The translations under genes and the position numbers were made by a program. Positions 61,021 through 64,000 of a stretch of 64,000 nt of DNA are shown one piece after another (the stretch's first letter is position 1; each line of letters opens with the position of its first letter). The notes under the pieces were generated by a model. The model saw nothing but the letters and a program-made list of their open reading frames with translations. It searched no databases and was not told the origin of the DNA. Origin of the DNA: Spizellomyces punctatus DAOM BR117 (taxonomy: Eukaryota); assembly GCA_000182565.2 (NCBI GenBank), contig KQ257460.1; one strand, given 5' to 3'.

Positions 61021-64000
61021 CTAATCAGTGACCGCTTGGGACTCTGTTTCCTCCTCGCCAACATTGTCTTCCATTGCTTTCAACAATTGACGATAACCGC
61101 GGCTATGCGTGAAGACGTCAAGCACTTCAGCGCTGCAATTCAAAAATCAACACGTCAAGGCTGGGGCAACACTCACCAATTGGTGCCTAACATGAGAGCC
61201 CTCCAAGTTCCAAGTAGAGTGCGTCCTTCTTCGTCCTTCAAAAGATCACGTAAAATGTTCAAGTCCATGAGCATGCTGGCGAGCAGAATCGCCCACTGTC
61301 TACAACCGGATTTCAGGGTGGCTTGGAGTAATACCCTGGTTATAAAACCGTGTTGTGAGTCGGGTACCAGATTGACAGCCGACATAGTCAGTTACATACC
61401 AAATTTCAGAGACTTCGGGTTTTGAAAGTCCACCTGGATGAATGCCCGACATTCCGCTCTTCGTGGGAGAGAAAGTCGTCTTAGCTCTCCTGCGCAGCAT
61501 CTGTGTTGAGGCGCTCAGAGCCGGATCGCTGTCGTCCCGCGACTGTAAACGTCCGGCTTCAGTAGCACCCCCGTCAAGTGCTCGTGCAAATGTGCCATCC
61601 GCGTAGGCATACGTTTTCCGACGAATAGTAGTCTGCGGATCGGAACTGGCTTTGACGATTGCCTGAATCTGTTTCATGTCATCTATCGATAAACGAAATA
61701 CTTATGAGGATTGCTACCGAACATCTCAGGCTACTTGATCAACCTACTTGGCCAAGGCCATTGAAATTGCTCATGTATTGAAGCAAAAGCCATTGGCATA
61801 TCGTCTATCAAAGCAGCTCGATTCCTAATGAGCAATGGCACTCTGGTAAGCAACTGCCCGCAAAGCAACATTATCTCAACAAGGAGTCCACGTACCGTTC
61901 CTTTTCCAACCATACCTCCATCGAGAAATCTAGGGCTACGGCAAATCGACCGAAGGCTCTCAGTCGATACTTCCTCAACAGTTGCCGCGCGTGCTTGCTA
62001 ATAAGGATCTCCAGATAGAACTAGCAAGCATTGCGTCAGCAGACAGTAATTCACACGAGATACAAATAACCTACGGAGTCGCTCATTCTCGCTTCATCTG
62101 TGGCGCTATGTAAGACGCCTCGAAAGATAAGCGTCCTAGGTCGAGGTAGCTGGTATAAACAAGTCCTTACTTGGATTTTTGCGTTTGATCGGTAGTCTTT
62201 GACTGGCTGTTATCGAAAGCCGCAAAATTGCTATTTGATCGAATAATATCTCGATAAATCTCTCCTTCCGCTCCTAATTATTATTACCACAGCATTATTA
62301 ACGGCCGCTATGTCGACGAGACGCTAAATATCTATACCGTCGATGGACGTTAAAAATCGCACAAGCTCCTTGCCCGTCTGCCAAGAATGATATTAAGCAA
62401 CAGTGATGGCAAAAGACAACCCACTACAGTCTCGTCGCACCTCAAAGTCCTCTAATTCAAACGCTCGCTCTAACAGGTCCACTGCCAGCTAACGGAAGCC
62501 CGTTTCCAGCGGGTTAGCATATCTCACATTTCAATGAACTACGTAGAGGAGTCCAATTGAATAGAGTACCTTCCCACTGACTGTCGCGGGTTCCAAAGTT
62601 TGGATTATGATTAAATAAGATGTCGCCGTTTTCAGAAAACCGTTCTCAAGAGATTTCTATTCGAATCCGCATATATCATTAGCAAGTCGTTTAGCATGCA
62701 CTTCACTTCTCGTTGCAACCTTAAATAGTTCCTTAGGGTCCCCTGCAATCGAAAAAAAATACTCCCATAGTGCAACTTCCGTCTTCCGTGCGCACTGGAC
62801 AATTATATCCAAGTAATCAGGAAAATGCTCCAAGAAACGAATCACGCGAGGTAGAATGGCATCTAGAACAACAGTTGAGCAAAGCAATCCAATGAGAGGG
62901 AATTTGGCTGGCGATTGAACCAATGTTACCTGGAGAAAAGCCAGCATATGTTTCGGCTTCAATTTCCAAGACTTGATGCAAAAGTACCTCCAACGCGTGA
63001 TCAAAATACGCCAAGTGTCGATAATAGTCCGCAAATGTGATTGCCTCTTTTTCTGACCTTTACACAGCAGAATGACGATATCAGGAATGGGGCGAGTATT
63101 TAAATTGAGAGGTGGATGTGAAACTCACCCTTGGCTCAGCATGTAGCGGATCATTGTGTGCAAAAATAGATGCGTCTACAACGACAGTCAGACCCAAGTA
63201 AGGAGCAGGTGTTCACGTGTGAAAACTCACCCTAAGGTCAAGCCTGTATAGAGTGCAATTCATCGCTGTTCTTACTGTCATGCGCTGATTGACACCGGCT
63301 ATTATTCCCCGGTGCATCATTATGGCTACCCGCTGCATGTAAGTGAAAAGAGCCAGCACATCATGCAAAACACTCAGTGTCGCTTACTGAGGGGGTAAAA
63401 GTCCACATGGAGTTGTAGGGATTCGGTGAGGTTTTCTTTCGGCACCAGGGCGGATGTTTCATCACTCGTGAGATTTAGGTTAACCCAGATCTGGCGGAAT
63501 GGCCACATCAGCTTTTAGCATTCTATCGCACAATACATGAACGAAATCGTAGGACCTTGAAACCGGAGGCATCATATGCCCAGAGGGAATTCACCAAGTC
63601 ACCAACGCGATCTTGATGCCTGGACACCCAGAAGAACTCGATCTTGTCTGAGAGCCCAATCATTTCCCATCCACCATCCCACTAGGACCAAATACGTAAG
63701 CCAAAATGCATTAGATGGTATATAGTTCATTAGCTCACCAATTCGCGCAGAATGCTGAGCTCTCCGCAGCTCAAAATGACCACCGGTGCATGTATGATAT
63801 CCTCAACCGTCCCTTCACCTAGCGCAATATTGAGGGATTCGCAATCAATGAATACATGGGATCAACTTACCAGCCGGTGAATACCACGAAATGCTTTGGA
63901 CTGAGGACGGATTCATTATAACTCCTTCCAGGGATATTTGCTGTTGAAGGGCCAACCTTACACGTTCAGCTGTGGAAAATACCGAACGAAGAGCGATTAG
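61021..64000 (-). CDS. RIC1: RIC1 (Rab6/Ypt6 GEF subunit), 3' part, many exons
   Basis: DFYPL, YFDHALEVLLHQVLE, FPDYLDIIVQCARKTEVALWEYFFSIAGDPKELF, TATSYLIIIQTLE, QWAILLASML; last exon ends ESQAVTD* at 61021. The gene continues beyond the window. Confidence 0.9.

Noticed and set aside
1-64000. tRNA, rRNA, transposase, or U12-type introns
   Set aside because: No T-loop plus cloverleaf, rRNA signature, DDE/RT motif or RTATCCTT donor was recognised at the junctions checked. A by-eye scan cannot exclude them completely.

Overview
Gene-dense eukaryotic DNA with many short (mostly 50-70 nt) GT-AG introns. Protein content points to an early-diverging fungus, probably a chytrid; this is inferred from ARP3, MRNIP, an RPUSD1-type synthase, class C GPCRs and a SHLD2-like gene. 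About 21 protein-coding genes were reconstructed by hand-splicing: a partial DUF4449/DUF5923-type gene, ARP3, a GNAT, a CBS-CBS-PB1 protein, MRNIP, a PY-motif membrane protein, the P5A ATPase SPF1, an Sds3-like protein, two head-to-head beta-helix/EGF/7TM class C GPCR-like genes, RAD6/UBC2, DUF1764, a SHLD2-like OB-fold protein, an RluA/RPUSD1 pseudouridine synthase with long acidic arms and a CaaX end, cytosolic SerRS, SEC16, a monoglyceride lipase, VAP/Scs2, an SLC43/FMP42-like MFS, ISWI, ornithine decarboxylase and a partial RIC1. No tRNA, rRNA, CRISPR or transposon could be supported. Most notable: (1) a hidden upstream ORF ending ...FSLEPPWAGAEGA* in the nearly AUG-free ODC leader, resembling the polyamine/eIF5A-sensing uCC; (2) the divergent pair of beta-helix-ectodomain class C GPCRs; (3) a fungal shieldin-SHLD2-like protein; (4) a putatively prenylated pseudouridine synthase. 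Splice boundaries and family calls come from visual motif recognition, not database searches.
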